Assembly (NCBI GenBank): GCA_024698925.1
Contig: JAILQO010000022.1
Location: 26,192-90,191 of the forward strand
Length of the DNA stretch: 64,000 bases
Source: Bacteroidaceae bacterium
GTDB lineage: Bacteria > Bacteroidota > Bacteroidia > Bacteroidales > Bacteroidaceae
Direction: 5' to 3'
Within the stretch, counting starts at the first letter, position 1, and every line of letters begins with the position of its first letter. Made by a program: the position numbers and the translations under genes. This document shows positions 25,139 to 34,505 of this stretch, piece by piece. The notes beneath the pieces are model-generated. The model saw only the letters and a list, made by a program, of their open reading frames with translations. It searched no databases and had not been told where the DNA came from.

Positions 25139-25185
25139 ACAGTTTGGTTTGCGGGATTTGTGTTATAAAAAGGATTGGTAACGAG

Positions 25186-26586
25186 CTATTGGCCAGTAGC
25201 ATGACGGTAGGCCGTCCGAGCATTTTGAAGCGCGATGCAAGCATCAGTCTTCTTATCGCAAGCCTGCTGGTAGAAGAGTTGCGCCTCCAACAGATTGGAC
25301 ATGGAAGTGGTGCCTGCCTTATAAGTATCGCTATGGACACGAAGATTCTCCGCAGCCTGTTCCAAGCCACGGTCCGCAAGTGCAATCTGGCTCTGAGCCT
25401 CCACCATGTCGTTCCAAGCTTTCTGCATTCGGATCTTAAGCTTTTCAGCATTGTCCTCCAACAACTCTTTGGCTTCTTGTTCCGCCAATTTCTTGCGACG
25501 GATAGCGTGGCTACCACCCCACCAATCAGAAATGGGTACTGATACGGTAGCGAAAACCATCCCGAAATGGCGGTCGTTTTCAAGAAGATTGTGATAGTTG
25601 TAGCCAGCTCCAACGGCCACCGACGGAAGGTTCTTGGCAACCTCCATCTTGCGTTGCAACTTGCTCGCCTCCACATTCTTTTCCAGCAACTGGTATTCTG
25701 GGAGAGAGGACAAGGCTGTGCTGTTACAGTCAGAGAGAGGCGTCAGCCCAACCAGGTCTGTAAACGAAGAGGCTGACGCGGTGGCCTCGAGCTCCCACTC
25801 CTGTTTGAGCCCGCAGAACTGCGCCAGAAGCATTTTAACCAACATCTGGCCGTTAGTGAGTTTCAAACGTTGGCTTTGAATCTCGTTCTGTCTGAGTTGC
25901 ACTTGTAGTAGGTCGTTACGGAGTACTACACCTGCATTAACAGCCACCTCCACGTCGCGACCAATTTGTGTCAGCATCGTATCTACGGCATCAAGTGTTC
26001 GAGCTTTTTCCCTCATGGACACTAGCTGCCAATAGTATTGTTCGACCTGCGCTACCACGTCATTTTCAGTAAGTTTCATCTGCAAATCGCTAACCCCCTC
26101 TCCTATCCGGGCAAGTTTGTTGCCGTAAAGAATCTGTCCACCCGCAAAGAGAGGCTGCAGAGCCGTAACTCCAGCAAGCGAGCCCTCCTTCATCATCAAC
26201 ATGCTCATCGGAGTGTTGAGGGCTGCGAGCGCCTCCATTGGCAGCGTTTGAGCCAAAGTTGCGCCCAGATCCGGCGAGATGAATTCTGAGGGATCAATGT
26301 CCATCTTGGCCATCTCGCGATTGGCCCGAAAAGTCATACCTGTAGCACTAATGCTGGGGAAGAAATTGGTGAATGCCTCCTTACGCTGTTCCTTGGAAGC
26401 CTCCTTCTTGTAACGTGCCTGACGGATAGCAATATTGTTATGTAGGGCAGAGTCGCTCAATTGTTGAAAAGAAAGCTGACGCGCCTCTCTATTACTACCT
26501 TCTGGGAAGGGAGCCGCTACCGGCGCGCATAATAAAGAGGTAGATACTACGGTTATGATTAAAAGAAATGATAATCTTAATTTCAT
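25186..26586 (-). CDS. TolC-family outer membrane efflux protein
   Basis: Signal peptide and two OEP repeats; last gene of an MFP-RND-OMP operon. Confidence 0.8.
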   Translation of the reverse strand: MKLRLSFLLIITVVSTSLLCAPVAAPFPEGSNREARQLSFQQLSDSALHNNIAIRQARYKKEASKEQRKEAFTNFFPSISATGMTFRANREMAKMDIDPSEFISPDLGATLAQTLPMEALAALNTPMSMLMMKEGSLAGVTALQPLFAGGQILYGNKLARIGEGVSDLQMKLTENDVVAQVEQYYWQLVSMREKARTLDAVDTMLTQIGRDVEVAVNAGVVLRNDLLQVQLRQNEIQSQRLKLTNGQMLVKMLLAQFCGLKQEWELEATASASSFTDLVGLTPLSDCNSTALSSLPEYQLLEKNVEASKLQRKMEVAKNLPSVAVGAGYNYHNLLENDRHFGMVFATVSVPISDWWGGSHAIRRKKLAEQEAKELLEDNAEKLKIRMQKAWNDMVEAQSQIALADRGLEQAAENLRVHSDTYKAGTTSMSNLLEAQLFYQQACDKKTDACIALQNARTAYRHATGQ

Positions 26587-26594
26587 TTTGTTCT

Positions 26595-29500
26595 TTATTT
26601 CTTTACACTAAGTTTCCAGAATAATACGGGTAAAACCGTGACAACGAGCAGTAGCGTGCCGATACCGCCTGCAAAAATGGAGACACCCACGGGCATCCAG
26701 AACGAGGAGCCTGCAATTATCATAGGCATGACGCCCACAGCAGTTGTGGCAGTCGTGAGGAAAATAGGGACCATGCGACGATGACCGGCATCGTAAGCCG
26801 CCTCCTGAACAGCATAATTGAATCTGCCACGATAGGCATTGCGCTCTTCACGAGTAACGTTTACAGGTTGAGGATGATCGGCGTGGAAACGCTTCATCAG
26901 CCCGTCCGCATGCTCGAAGATAAGAATCTCATTACGCATGATAATACCCATAAGCGTAATGACACCCATCACCGACGTCAAGCCCAACGTGCGATTCATG
27001 ACCGCCAACCCGATGAGGGCGCCTGGAACCATCAGAACAAGGGCACCCATGCAAAGGAAGGTTATGCCGAAACGCTTGAAGTTAAACAAGAGAAAGAAGA
27101 AGACTATAACCAACGCGATTAACACGCCTGATACAATCTGCGGTATGGCCTCAGCATTGAACTCCATCTCGCCACCCACCTCGGCACGCACGCCCTGAGG
27201 CAGCTTGATATCGTGCATGATGTCCGCAAGGCGCTCCTCCACGGGGGCAGCATAAATGCCTTGCGCCATTTGCGCCAGAACCGAGATGCAACGCTCACCG
27301 CCCCGATGAACGATGCGCCCCTCGCTCCATTCAGGCTTCACATGAGCAACTTGGCGCAACGCGACATTTCCATTTCCTCCGCTGAGTCCGCCCGCAAGCA
27401 TAGATAGCGGCGTAGCGAAACTCCAATTCTCGACATCAGAGAAGGTATAATCGGTGTCATCCATCACGACGATGGGCAACTCATAGTCATTCTCCCACAA
27501 TTGCCCAACGCGCATTGTTCCTGAAGCAGCATTGAGCGAGAGGGCCGCTGAGGCACGTGTAATACCCATCTGTGCAGCCTTGACAGGATCCAGTTCAACA
27601 TTGATGATAGGCGAAGGCTGCATATAATCGGTATGCACCCATTCCAATTCCGGCATCGAACGCATCTTTTCCATCATGCGCTCGGCCAACATATGCAACG
27701 TATCTATATCTTCTCCATAGAAACGATACTCCAGTTCATCCACGGGCAGCATATCAAGACGCTTGAAGCGGACATAAGCGTTGGGAAAAGCTTCGGAGAG
27801 CAAAGGCTGATAGTGCTGCAGAAGGTCTAAAGTCGCCTGGTTGGACGTCGTGCCAACGATGAACTGTGCGTAGTTCTTGCCCGCCATTTGTGGGGCATAG
27901 GTGTCCATGAAACGCGGGGACGAGCAACCGATGAAAGCGGTGATGCCCGTGATGCGCTCATCTTGTCTCAGCACTTGATACACGGAATCCGCCACGCCTT
28001 CTGTCTCGAGAAGGCCTTTGCCCTCAGGCAGGAAGATTTCTACAGCAAACTGGTCGCGGTCGGCATAAGGGAACTGACGCATCTTCAGCGTAGGGACAAT
28101 CAACAGCGAGGCTGCGACAAGAACGGCCCCAAGTCCAATTGTCAGCCAAGGATAGCGGAATACAAGATTAAGGACGTGGATGTAGATTGATTGAACACGG
28201 TCAGTAAATCGCTTGCCATCCTTAGCTTTATCTGGTACACCAATAATCTTCACGCAAAGGAACGGAATGACACACACGGCGAGCAATAGTGATACCATTA
28301 GGTTAATGGTGATGGTCCAAGGGAAATCTACGAGGGCATCGTAAAAAGCTCCTTTGAGCGTGAAAAGAAGGGGATAGAAAATGACACAGATGCAAATTGT
28401 AGCCAACAACATCGGCATGAAATACTGACGAGCAGACTCGATGGCTGCCTGACGGGGCTCCAGGCCTTTTCCTACATACTCCAAATAGCCGTCGATGATA
28501 ACGATGGAGTTATCGACAATCATACCCAAAACAATAATCAACGCTGCCAGCGTAACGATATTCAGTTCTATGCCTACTACATACATGATAGCCGCTGAAA
28601 CAAAAGTGCTGACGGGAATCGTGACAGCAGCCACAATGGCAGAACGGAGCGGGAAAAGCAGCATCATCACAAGAATGATGATGAGCATCGAGAGTAACAG
28701 ATCACGAAGGAAATCGCTCACGCTCAGTTCTACCACCTTTGGCTTGTCAGCAATGCGCGTAAGTGTGACATCGTCCGGAAGCACCTCCGTCCGGAATGTG
28801 TCAAGAACACGATTAACCTGACGACCATATTCAACGACATTGTTTCCAGGCATCATCTCCATCGACAACAACACACATGGATGTCCATTCTGTTCGATAC
28901 GACTAGCATGGGGATCATACTCACGAACAACTCTCGCAACATCACCAACACGAACAGTTTTGCCAGAGGAGGGATCACTATAAATAATGAGGGACGCTAT
29001 TTGTTCCTCGTCATTACCCGTTGGCGCGATGTGTAATGGTATCTGCTGATCGGCATCGCTAAGACTGCCGCTTAGAGTAGTTAGGCCCTCACCCTGTAAT
29101 TTCGTTAATAGTAATTGTTGTCCAATACCATAGGCTTGCAAACGTTGACGGTCGATATAGAGGCTGATTTGCTGACGCTGTTCGCCAAATAATTTCACGT
29201 TGGCAACAGAGGGTATGCGACGCAGTCGGTCGCCCAGTTGGTCGCTATATTGACGCAATTCGCGATAGCTACGTTCACCGCTTTCAACAGCAATTAGCAA
29301 CGCAGAAGTATTACCAAAGTCGTCATTAGTCACTAAAGCCAAGACTCCCTGAGGTAGCGAAGACTTGAATTGCTGCAGGCCTAATTTAATCTTGCTCCAG
29401 ACCTCATCTTTATTATTCACATCATCGTTCAGATTCACCATAAGCATTGACATGCCATTCTGTGAAGTCGAGGTAGTCTTGTCACGTTTTACTTCGGGAT

Positions 29501-29741
29501 AGGTGAACAAAAAGCGCTCTAAGGGGCGAGTAACCTGTTGTTCCACCTCTTCCGAGGTCGCGCCCGGATAGATAGCGACAACCACGCCCTGCCGAATGGT
29601 GTAAGCCGGGAACTCATCCTTCGGCATCATGTACATACCATAAATACCGAGGACGAACAAGAGAATGACGATGAGCAATGAGATACGATAATGCTCTAAA
29701 GGCCATGCATACCAGGAATACTTATCACTTTTCATTTTCAC
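26595..29741 (-). CDS. RND efflux permease (AcrB/CzcA superfamily)
   Basis: 1048 aa with the 12-TM RND layout; 4-nt overlap with the upstream MFP gene. Confidence 0.9.
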   Translation of the reverse strand: MKMKSDKYSWYAWPLEHYRISLLIVILLFVLGIYGMYMMPKDEFPAYTIRQGVVVAIYPGATSEEVEQQVTRPLERFLFTYPEVKRDKTTSTSQNGMSMLMVNLNDDVNNKDEVWSKIKLGLQQFKSSLPQGVLALVTNDDFGNTSALLIAVESGERSYRELRQYSDQLGDRLRRIPSVANVKLFGEQRQQISLYIDRQRLQAYGIGQQLLLTKLQGEGLTTLSGSLSDADQQIPLHIAPTGNDEEQIASLIIYSDPSSGKTVRVGDVARVVREYDPHASRIEQNGHPCVLLSMEMMPGNNVVEYGRQVNRVLDTFRTEVLPDDVTLTRIADKPKVVELSVSDFLRDLLLSMLIIILVMMLLFPLRSAIVAAVTIPVSTFVSAAIMYVVGIELNIVTLAALIIVLGMIVDNSIVIIDGYLEYVGKGLEPRQAAIESARQYFMPMLLATICICVIFYPLLFTLKGAFYDALVDFPWTITINLMVSLLLAVCVIPFLCVKIIGVPDKAKDGKRFTDRVQSIYIHVLNLVFRYPWLTIGLGAVLVAASLLIVPTLKMRQFPYADRDQFAVEIFLPEGKGLLETEGVADSVYQVLRQDERITGITAFIGCSSPRFMDTYAPQMAGKNYAQFIVGTTSNQATLDLLQHYQPLLSEAFPNAYVRFKRLDMLPVDELEYRFYGEDIDTLHMLAERMMEKMRSMPELEWVHTDYMQPSPIINVELDPVKAAQMGITRASAALSLNAASGTMRVGQLWENDYELPIVVMDDTDYTFSDVENWSFATPLSMLAGGLSGGNGNVALRQVAHVKPEWSEGRIVHRGGERCISVLAQMAQGIYAAPVEERLADIMHDIKLPQGVRAEVGGEMEFNAEAIPQIVSGVLIALVIVFFFLLFNFKRFGITFLCMGALVLMVPGALIGLAVMNRTLGLTSVMGVITLMGIIMRNEILIFEHADGLMKRFHADHPQPVNVTREERNAYRGRFNYAVQEAAYDAGHRRMVPIFLTTATTAVGVMPMIIAGSSFWMPVGVSIFAGGIGTLLLVVTVLPVLFWKLSVKK

Positions 29742-30766
29742 TTCTCACTTACCTTGGTTCCTTCACTAACTTTCTGCCAACCCTCTATAATCACATGTTG
29801 CCCTTCCGTTAAGCCTTTCTGTATCTCTATAAGATTTCCGATGGTCTTTCCGATGGTGATTGGTGTGCGATGAGCTGCATGCGTATCATCCACCGTCCAT
29901 ACAAAGAGTGTTCCATCGGCTTTGCGCTGAACTGCAGTAAGCGGCAAAGTAAGGGCCCGGGAGGTGGAAGGTGTCCCCTTGCCTAATTGCACTTTCGCAA
30001 CCATACCTGGTAACAACTCCCAATCACTATTATTCACACGAATACGTACATCATACGTGTGCGTGAGAGCATCTGCTTGTATGCCTTTCTCAATGCTTCC
30101 ACCTTCATAGTCGCGCCCGATGGCATCAACGTGAATATGCGAAGGGGTCGAGGCTGAAATGGAACCCATCTCTGTCTCAGGAACTGAGACTTTGACCTTC
30201 ACTTGACTGATGTCCATAATGGTCACTACAGCCTGCGATGGCATTGCAGTCTCTCCGGAATTCACGTTTTTACGACCAATAACACCACCAACGGGTGCCA
30301 GAAGTTGGCAATCTGCAAGATTCTTCTTGGCGATTGCTAACTGAGAGCGTGCCTGCTCCACCTTGCTCTGTATTTCCACCCATTGGGCATCTGTCATCGA
30401 GCCTTGTTCATGCAGCTGACTATAACGGCCCAAAGCATCCTCTGCTTGTTTGTTCTGCGCCTCAGCAGCAAGCAACATATTGCGTGCTTGTGTGTCGTCC
30501 AATTCCGCAATGAGTTGACCACGACTAACCGCCTGACCTTCGCTGACGAGGACGCGGCGGATGGCGCCCATACTTGTGAAACTCACGGCCGTTGCCACAT
30601 TTTCCTCAACAATACCGACATAAAGCCTGCCCTCGCCAGTCTGAGCATTACAAGTTACTTGCGCCGTTTTAACGCGAATCGGTTGCTTCTCGCGTTGTTC
30701 TGCAGGTTGCCCACAAGCTATAAGCCAAAAGGGCAAGACATAAATAAAAGGGTTCTTAAAGTTCAT
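29738..30766 (-). CDS. RND efflux periplasmic adaptor (MFP)
   Basis: Lipobox LIAC; HlyD-like hairpin and barrel segments. Confidence 0.85.
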   Translation of the reverse strand: MNFKNPFIYVLPFWLIACGQPAEQREKQPIRVKTAQVTCNAQTGEGRLYVGIVEENVATAVSFTSMGAIRRVLVSEGQAVSRGQLIAELDDTQARNMLLAAEAQNKQAEDALGRYSQLHEQGSMTDAQWVEIQSKVEQARSQLAIAKKNLADCQLLAPVGGVIGRKNVNSGETAMPSQAVVTIMDISQVKVKVSVPETEMGSISASTPSHIHVDAIGRDYEGGSIEKGIQADALTHTYDVRIRVNNSDWELLPGMVAKVQLGKGTPSTSRALTLPLTAVQRKADGTLFVWTVDDTHAAHRTPITIGKTIGNLIEIQKGLTEGQHVIIEGWQKVSEGTKVSEK

Positions 30767-30811
30767 TTCTTTTTTGATTATTATTTTTAATCTTTTTTTT
30801 CAAAATTGCCG

Positions 30812-30819
30812 CAAAGGTA
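30812..30819 (-). promoter_or_regulatory. Bacteroidota -7 promoter box (RND operon 2)
   Basis: Plus-strand CAAAGGTA. The 12-mer GCCGCAAAGGTA (30808-30819) is identical to the one at 23782-23793. Confidence 0.6.
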
Positions 30820-30939
30820 AGGATAAAAATAGAATATTTAGTGTCCTATTTTTCCTTGAAATTCTATCATTTCATGTCAAATCAGCAATTTTGACCATTT
30901 TTTATTCCATTTTAACAAGGAGTTATGGTACTTTTTTTG

Positions 30940-30947
30940 TATCTTTG
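30940..30947 (+). promoter_or_regulatory. Bacteroidota -7 promoter box
   Basis: TATCTTTG, 19 nt upstream of the ATG at 30966. Confidence 0.6.
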
Positions 30948-30965
30948 CATCAAAATCAGACTCGC

Positions 30966-31883
30966 ATGGAAATAGACATTAATCTTCATCGGCTTGCACA
31001 AACCAAAGAGGTCAGTATTGATTATCTCGACGAAGACATCATTATAATAAATGACGTGAAAGCACTTTCCGAAGCCCAAGTCTCAACAAGACTAGAGATG
31101 AGTACCCTTGCATACTGCTCACGCGGGCGCTCGCAATTTCTATTTAATGGGACGTTAAATGAGTTCCATGAAAATCAAATCATCATTTTGCCATCCAACA
31201 CGAAGCTCTCCGATTTCCTTTTCAGTGCTGATTTTGAGTTCAAAGCCATCTTTTTTACGGACCGTTTGCTCCAAAGCCTATTGCATGATCATATTTCGGT
31301 ATGGTATGAAGCGATTTACCAACACAGGCTGAACATCATCGAATTACCAGCCAACAGCGAAGTCGTCTACGCCCATTTTTTTGAGCTCATAACTACATTT
31401 ATTGAAGAAGATGAGCGTTTCCCCTTCCGTACAGAAATCATCCAGGCAATACTCCAAGCCGCATTTCTGGGATTGTGTAGCATGCTAAAAAAGAACATTT
31501 CTCCACAATTGGAAACCAATCTTGAAATAAAAACAGAAACTCCTGCCTTCGCATCCTCACGACAGCTGTTTCAACGTTTTATATCCTTACTTTCGCAGAC
31601 AGAGGTTAAGCATCGTCCTATTCAATACTATGCAAATCAGCTTTTTGTGTCCACAAAATATCTTTCTAGCATCTGTAGAGCAGAATCTGGCAAGACAGCA
31701 AGTCAATGGATCTGCGAATTCCTGCTTGAAGATATCCGTTATCAATTACTCTCCACCAATCACTCCGTCAAAGAGATATCACACCTATTAGGATTTCCCA
31801 ATATTTCTTTTTTCGGGAAATACGTTAAGCTGCACTTGGGGAAATCACCCAAGGCTTTACGTGAGCAGAATGTGAACAGATAA
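30966..31883 (+). CDS. AraC family transcriptional regulator
   Basis: C-terminal double HTH (YYANQLFVSTKYLSSICR...ISHLLGFPNISFFGKYVK). I placed the start at MEIDINL because the listed upstream extension crosses the promoter. Confidence 0.8.
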   Translation: MEIDINLHRLAQTKEVSIDYLDEDIIIINDVKALSEAQVSTRLEMSTLAYCSRGRSQFLFNGTLNEFHENQIIILPSNTKLSDFLFSADFEFKAIFFTDRLLQSLLHDHISVWYEAIYQHRLNIIELPANSEVVYAHFFELITTFIEEDERFPFRTEIIQAILQAAFLGLCSMLKKNISPQLETNLEIKTETPAFASSRQLFQRFISLLSQTEVKHRPIQYYANQLFVSTKYLSSICRAESGKTASQWICEFLLEDIRYQLLSTNHSVKEISHLLGFPNISFFGKYVKLHLGKSPKALREQNVNR

Positions 31884-32112
31884 CGACTTCTAATACTCTT
31901 TCATACGAATAATCCCGCAAGCCAAACAGTCTGATGTGGAATAGATCTGAAGAAGAATTAGGAAATCATTTACGTAGCATCTCCTCAATCCGCTTCAGTC
32001 GCTCATTTCAGCCCTCAAACCCGCATCCACAGCCGCCTCGCACCCCCATCCATAATTGAAAAATTATTTTGAATAAGGGAACTATCATAACGACCACCGC
32101 GGTCGAGTTCCT

Positions 32113-32289
32113 TCATACCGTTTCCATCTTGAAGAAGGGATCCGACTTGGCACGCTGTATCTGCTCTTCCATTTCCGTCAGCTTGACTTCCATGCGAGCT
32201 CGCCATTCTTTCTTGTACTCACGGTAAGCCCTAATGGAATCGATGAACGTTCCCGGTTTGGATGTGAACTGTAGTTCCTTTGTTGCCAT
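32113..32289 (-). CDS. small hypothetical protein (58 aa), absent from the ORF track
   Basis: Product MATKELQFTSKPGTFIDSIRAYREYKKEWRARMEVKLTEMEEQIQRAKSDPFFKMETV. The ATG is 30 nt downstream of a minus-strand -7 box. Confidence 0.4.
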   Translation of the reverse strand: MATKELQFTSKPGTFIDSIRAYREYKKEWRARMEVKLTEMEEQIQRAKSDPFFKMETV

Positions 32290-32318
32290 ATTACGGTTTA
32301 TTTATCTGTTTTACACCG

Positions 32319-32326
32319 CAAAGATA
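32319..32326 (-). promoter_or_regulatory. Bacteroidota -7 promoter box
   Basis: Plus-strand CAAAGATA equals minus-strand TATCTTTG, upstream of the ATG at 32289. Confidence 0.5.
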
Positions 32327-32376
32327 CAGCATTATTTTTATTAGCACGCACTTTTAGCTGTATTATTCATTCAACC

Positions 32377-32392
32377 AGCGCAAATTTGCGCT
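32377..32392. promoter_or_regulatory. perfect 16-bp palindrome, candidate operator
   Basis: AGCGCAAATTTGCGCT, located between divergent promoter boxes at 32319 and 32451. Confidence 0.35.
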
Positions 32393-32450
32393 CGTTAACT
32401 TTCACCCAAAAAGAATGGGGCAAAAAGCGGATCATTTAGCGGAAAAGTTG

Positions 32451-32458
32451 TATCTTTG
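32451..32458 (+). promoter_or_regulatory. Bacteroidota -7 promoter box
   Basis: TATCTTTG, 36 nt upstream of the ATG at 32494. Confidence 0.6.
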
Positions 32459-32493
32459 CAGCGAAAAATCATAAACGATAACAGAGATTAAAT

Positions 32494-34359
32494 ATGAATA
32501 TGAAGAATTGGATGTTCGCCGCCATCATGCTCTGCGGCCTCATGAACGTGCGTGACGTGGCCGCCTGCACGAACATTATCGTGGGTCGCAAGGCATCAGC
32601 CGACGGCTCCGTGTTCCTAAGCTATTGTGCTGACGGCTACGGATGGTATGATCCGCTGTTCTACTCGTCTGCAAAGACCCATCAGCCGGGCGAGATGCAC
32701 AAGATTTACAGCTGGGATTACTACACATACAACGGGGAAATTCCCGAGGTCTATCAGACGTGGAACGTGGTGGGCAACACCAATGAGTGGCAGCTCACCA
32801 TCGGTGAGACATCGTGCGAGGGAAGGAAAGAAATGGTGGACGAGACGGGTATCATTGACTATGGCTCGCTCATCTATATCACCCTGCAGCGTTGCAAGAC
32901 GGCTCGCGAGGCCATTAAGACGATGGTGTCGCTGGTGGAGCAATATGGCTACTGCTCAGATGGCGAAACGTTCTCCATCTGTGATCCCAACGAGGCGTGG
33001 ATGCTTTACATGAGTGGCTGCGGACAGGACCGCATCACATCGCCTGAACGAACCGTCTGGGTGGCCTTGCGCGTGCCCGACGATGCTGTAACCGCTCATG
33101 CCAACTACTGCCGCCTGACGCGGTTCCTGGACGGACGATACACACGGATCACACTCGACGACCTGGAGACGAAATACCCGGCCGACGGGGATGATGTGCC
33201 CCAGCTGATGGTCTGCTCGAACAATGTGGTCAACTATGCCCGGAAGATGGGATGGTACGAGGGCGCGGATGCCGATTTCTCCTATAATACCGTCTATGCT
33301 GTCAAATCATTCTTTGATATACGTGGCTGCGAAGGGCGCGTGTGGAGCATTTTTAACCGTTTCGCCGACGATATGGACCAGTACCTCACCTATGCCAGCG
33401 GCGCTGACCTGGATGCGGAACCCATGCCCCTGTGGATTGTACCGAAAGAGAAGGTAGGACTTAAAGACCTGCGCGCCGCCATGCGCGACCATTATGAGGA
33501 CACACCGTTGGCCAACACGGGCATCAACGGTGGATGGTTCGACAGCCCTTATTCCATTATGCCCACTGAATATGAGGTGGATGGCGATATGTATTTCTCT
33601 GAGCGAACCATCAGTATCATGCAAGCGGGCTGGTCGTTTATCTCGCAGATGCGTTCGTGGATGCCTCGCGAGACGGGATGTCTGTGGTTTGGCAACGACG
33701 ATGGTAACATGGTCGCCTATACACCTTTGTACAACTGTCTGACCCGTGCACCGAAATGTTTCTCGGGCGAGGGCGCCTCTGAAACTGAATTCTCGATGGA
33801 TAATGCGTACTGGGTGTGCAACTGGGTGTCGAACATGATCTATCCGCGCTATTCCATGATGTTCCCGTCACTGCAGGTTGTGCGTGACTCGCTGGACAAC
33901 TCCTATGAGCAGTTGCAGCCCGGCATTGAACAGCAGGCCCTGGCGCTCGAGGGTGAAGCCCGCGTAAAGCTGCTCACTGACTACAGCTGTCAGAAGAGCG
34001 ACGAGATGATAGAACGCTGGCGCAAGCTGGCATTCCACTTGATTGTGAAATATAACGATATGTTAGTGCGAGGCACCAATCCCGACGGCTCTTTCATCGC
34101 CGATGAGAATGGACGGGCACTAGATATCCAGTATCCAAATATGTCCGAGACGTTCGTTCGCACCTCTGTACAGGTGACCGGCGACCGCTACCGCGAACCT
34201 GAAGAAAGCGGTGAAATGACGCGCGTTGCTCCCGTCAAACGCTCACAGCGCCGCTTCGCTCCCGGCACCTACACCCTCTCTGGCGTGCGCGCCAGCCATC
34301 CCGTCAAGGGTGTGTATGTAAGGAAAGGTAGAAAGGTGAGATTGAAAATGGATAATTGA
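32494..34359 (+). CDS. C69 family dipeptidase (secreted)
   Basis: Signal peptide followed by the nucleophile motif ACTNIIVGRKASADGS. The C-terminal extension ends in a T9SS-like motif. Confidence 0.8.
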   Translation: MNMKNWMFAAIMLCGLMNVRDVAACTNIIVGRKASADGSVFLSYCADGYGWYDPLFYSSAKTHQPGEMHKIYSWDYYTYNGEIPEVYQTWNVVGNTNEWQLTIGETSCEGRKEMVDETGIIDYGSLIYITLQRCKTAREAIKTMVSLVEQYGYCSDGETFSICDPNEAWMLYMSGCGQDRITSPERTVWVALRVPDDAVTAHANYCRLTRFLDGRYTRITLDDLETKYPADGDDVPQLMVCSNNVVNYARKMGWYEGADADFSYNTVYAVKSFFDIRGCEGRVWSIFNRFADDMDQYLTYASGADLDAEPMPLWIVPKEKVGLKDLRAAMRDHYEDTPLANTGINGGWFDSPYSIMPTEYEVDGDMYFSERTISIMQAGWSFISQMRSWMPRETGCLWFGNDDGNMVAYTPLYNCLTRAPKCFSGEGASETEFSMDNAYWVCNWVSNMIYPRYSMMFPSLQVVRDSLDNSYEQLQPGIEQQALALEGEARVKLLTDYSCQKSDEMIERWRKLAFHLIVKYNDMLVRGTNPDGSFIADENGRALDIQYPNMSETFVRTSVQVTGDRYREPEESGEMTRVAPVKRSQRRFAPGTYTLSGVRASHPVKGVYVRKGRKVRLKMDN

Positions 34360-34380
34360 AAATGGACAATTGAAAATGGA
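34341..34380 (+). repeat. three tandem copies of a 14-nt unit across the stop codon
   Basis: ATTGAAAATGGA occurs at 34341, 34355 and 34369, separated by 2-nt spacers. Confidence 0.9.
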
Positions 34381-34396
34381 GAGTGATGAATGATGA

Positions 34397-34437
34397 ATAT
34401 CCGGACCTTGCAATTCGCAGGGTCCGGATATTTTTGT
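34397..34437 (+). terminator. intrinsic terminator
   Basis: ATATCCGGACCTTGC / GCAGGGTCCGGATAT (one mismatch), followed by TTTTTGT. Confidence 0.75.
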
Positions 34438-34470
34438 ACCAATTATTTGCGAACGTACCAATATTTTATG

Positions 34471-34478
34471 TACCTTTG
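34471..34478 (+). promoter_or_regulatory. Bacteroidota -7 promoter box
   Basis: TACCTTTG, 28 nt upstream of the ATG at 34506. Confidence 0.6.
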
Positions 34479-34505
34479 CACGCGAAAAACATCTGAATCA
34501 TCCTT

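Noticed and set aside
24957-25676. A 239-aa ORF overlapping the TolC-like gene 3' end and the HU-gene promoter region.
   Set aside because: It is an alternative frame of a well-supported gene, runs through the 20-bp hairpin and an intergenic promoter, and its Arg/Trp-rich composition is typical of off-frame translation.
30774-30965. N-terminal extensions offered by the ORF track. The AraC case is shown here. The others are 15662-15724 (miaA), 39457-39537 (dnaX), 46516-46812 (GT2), 45729-45803 (pyrC), 44351-44395 (MetH domain) and 9371-9388 (GH57).
   Set aside because: Each extension crosses a TAnnTTTG promoter box, a terminator or the upstream gene. In every case an internal Met gives the canonical family N-terminus.
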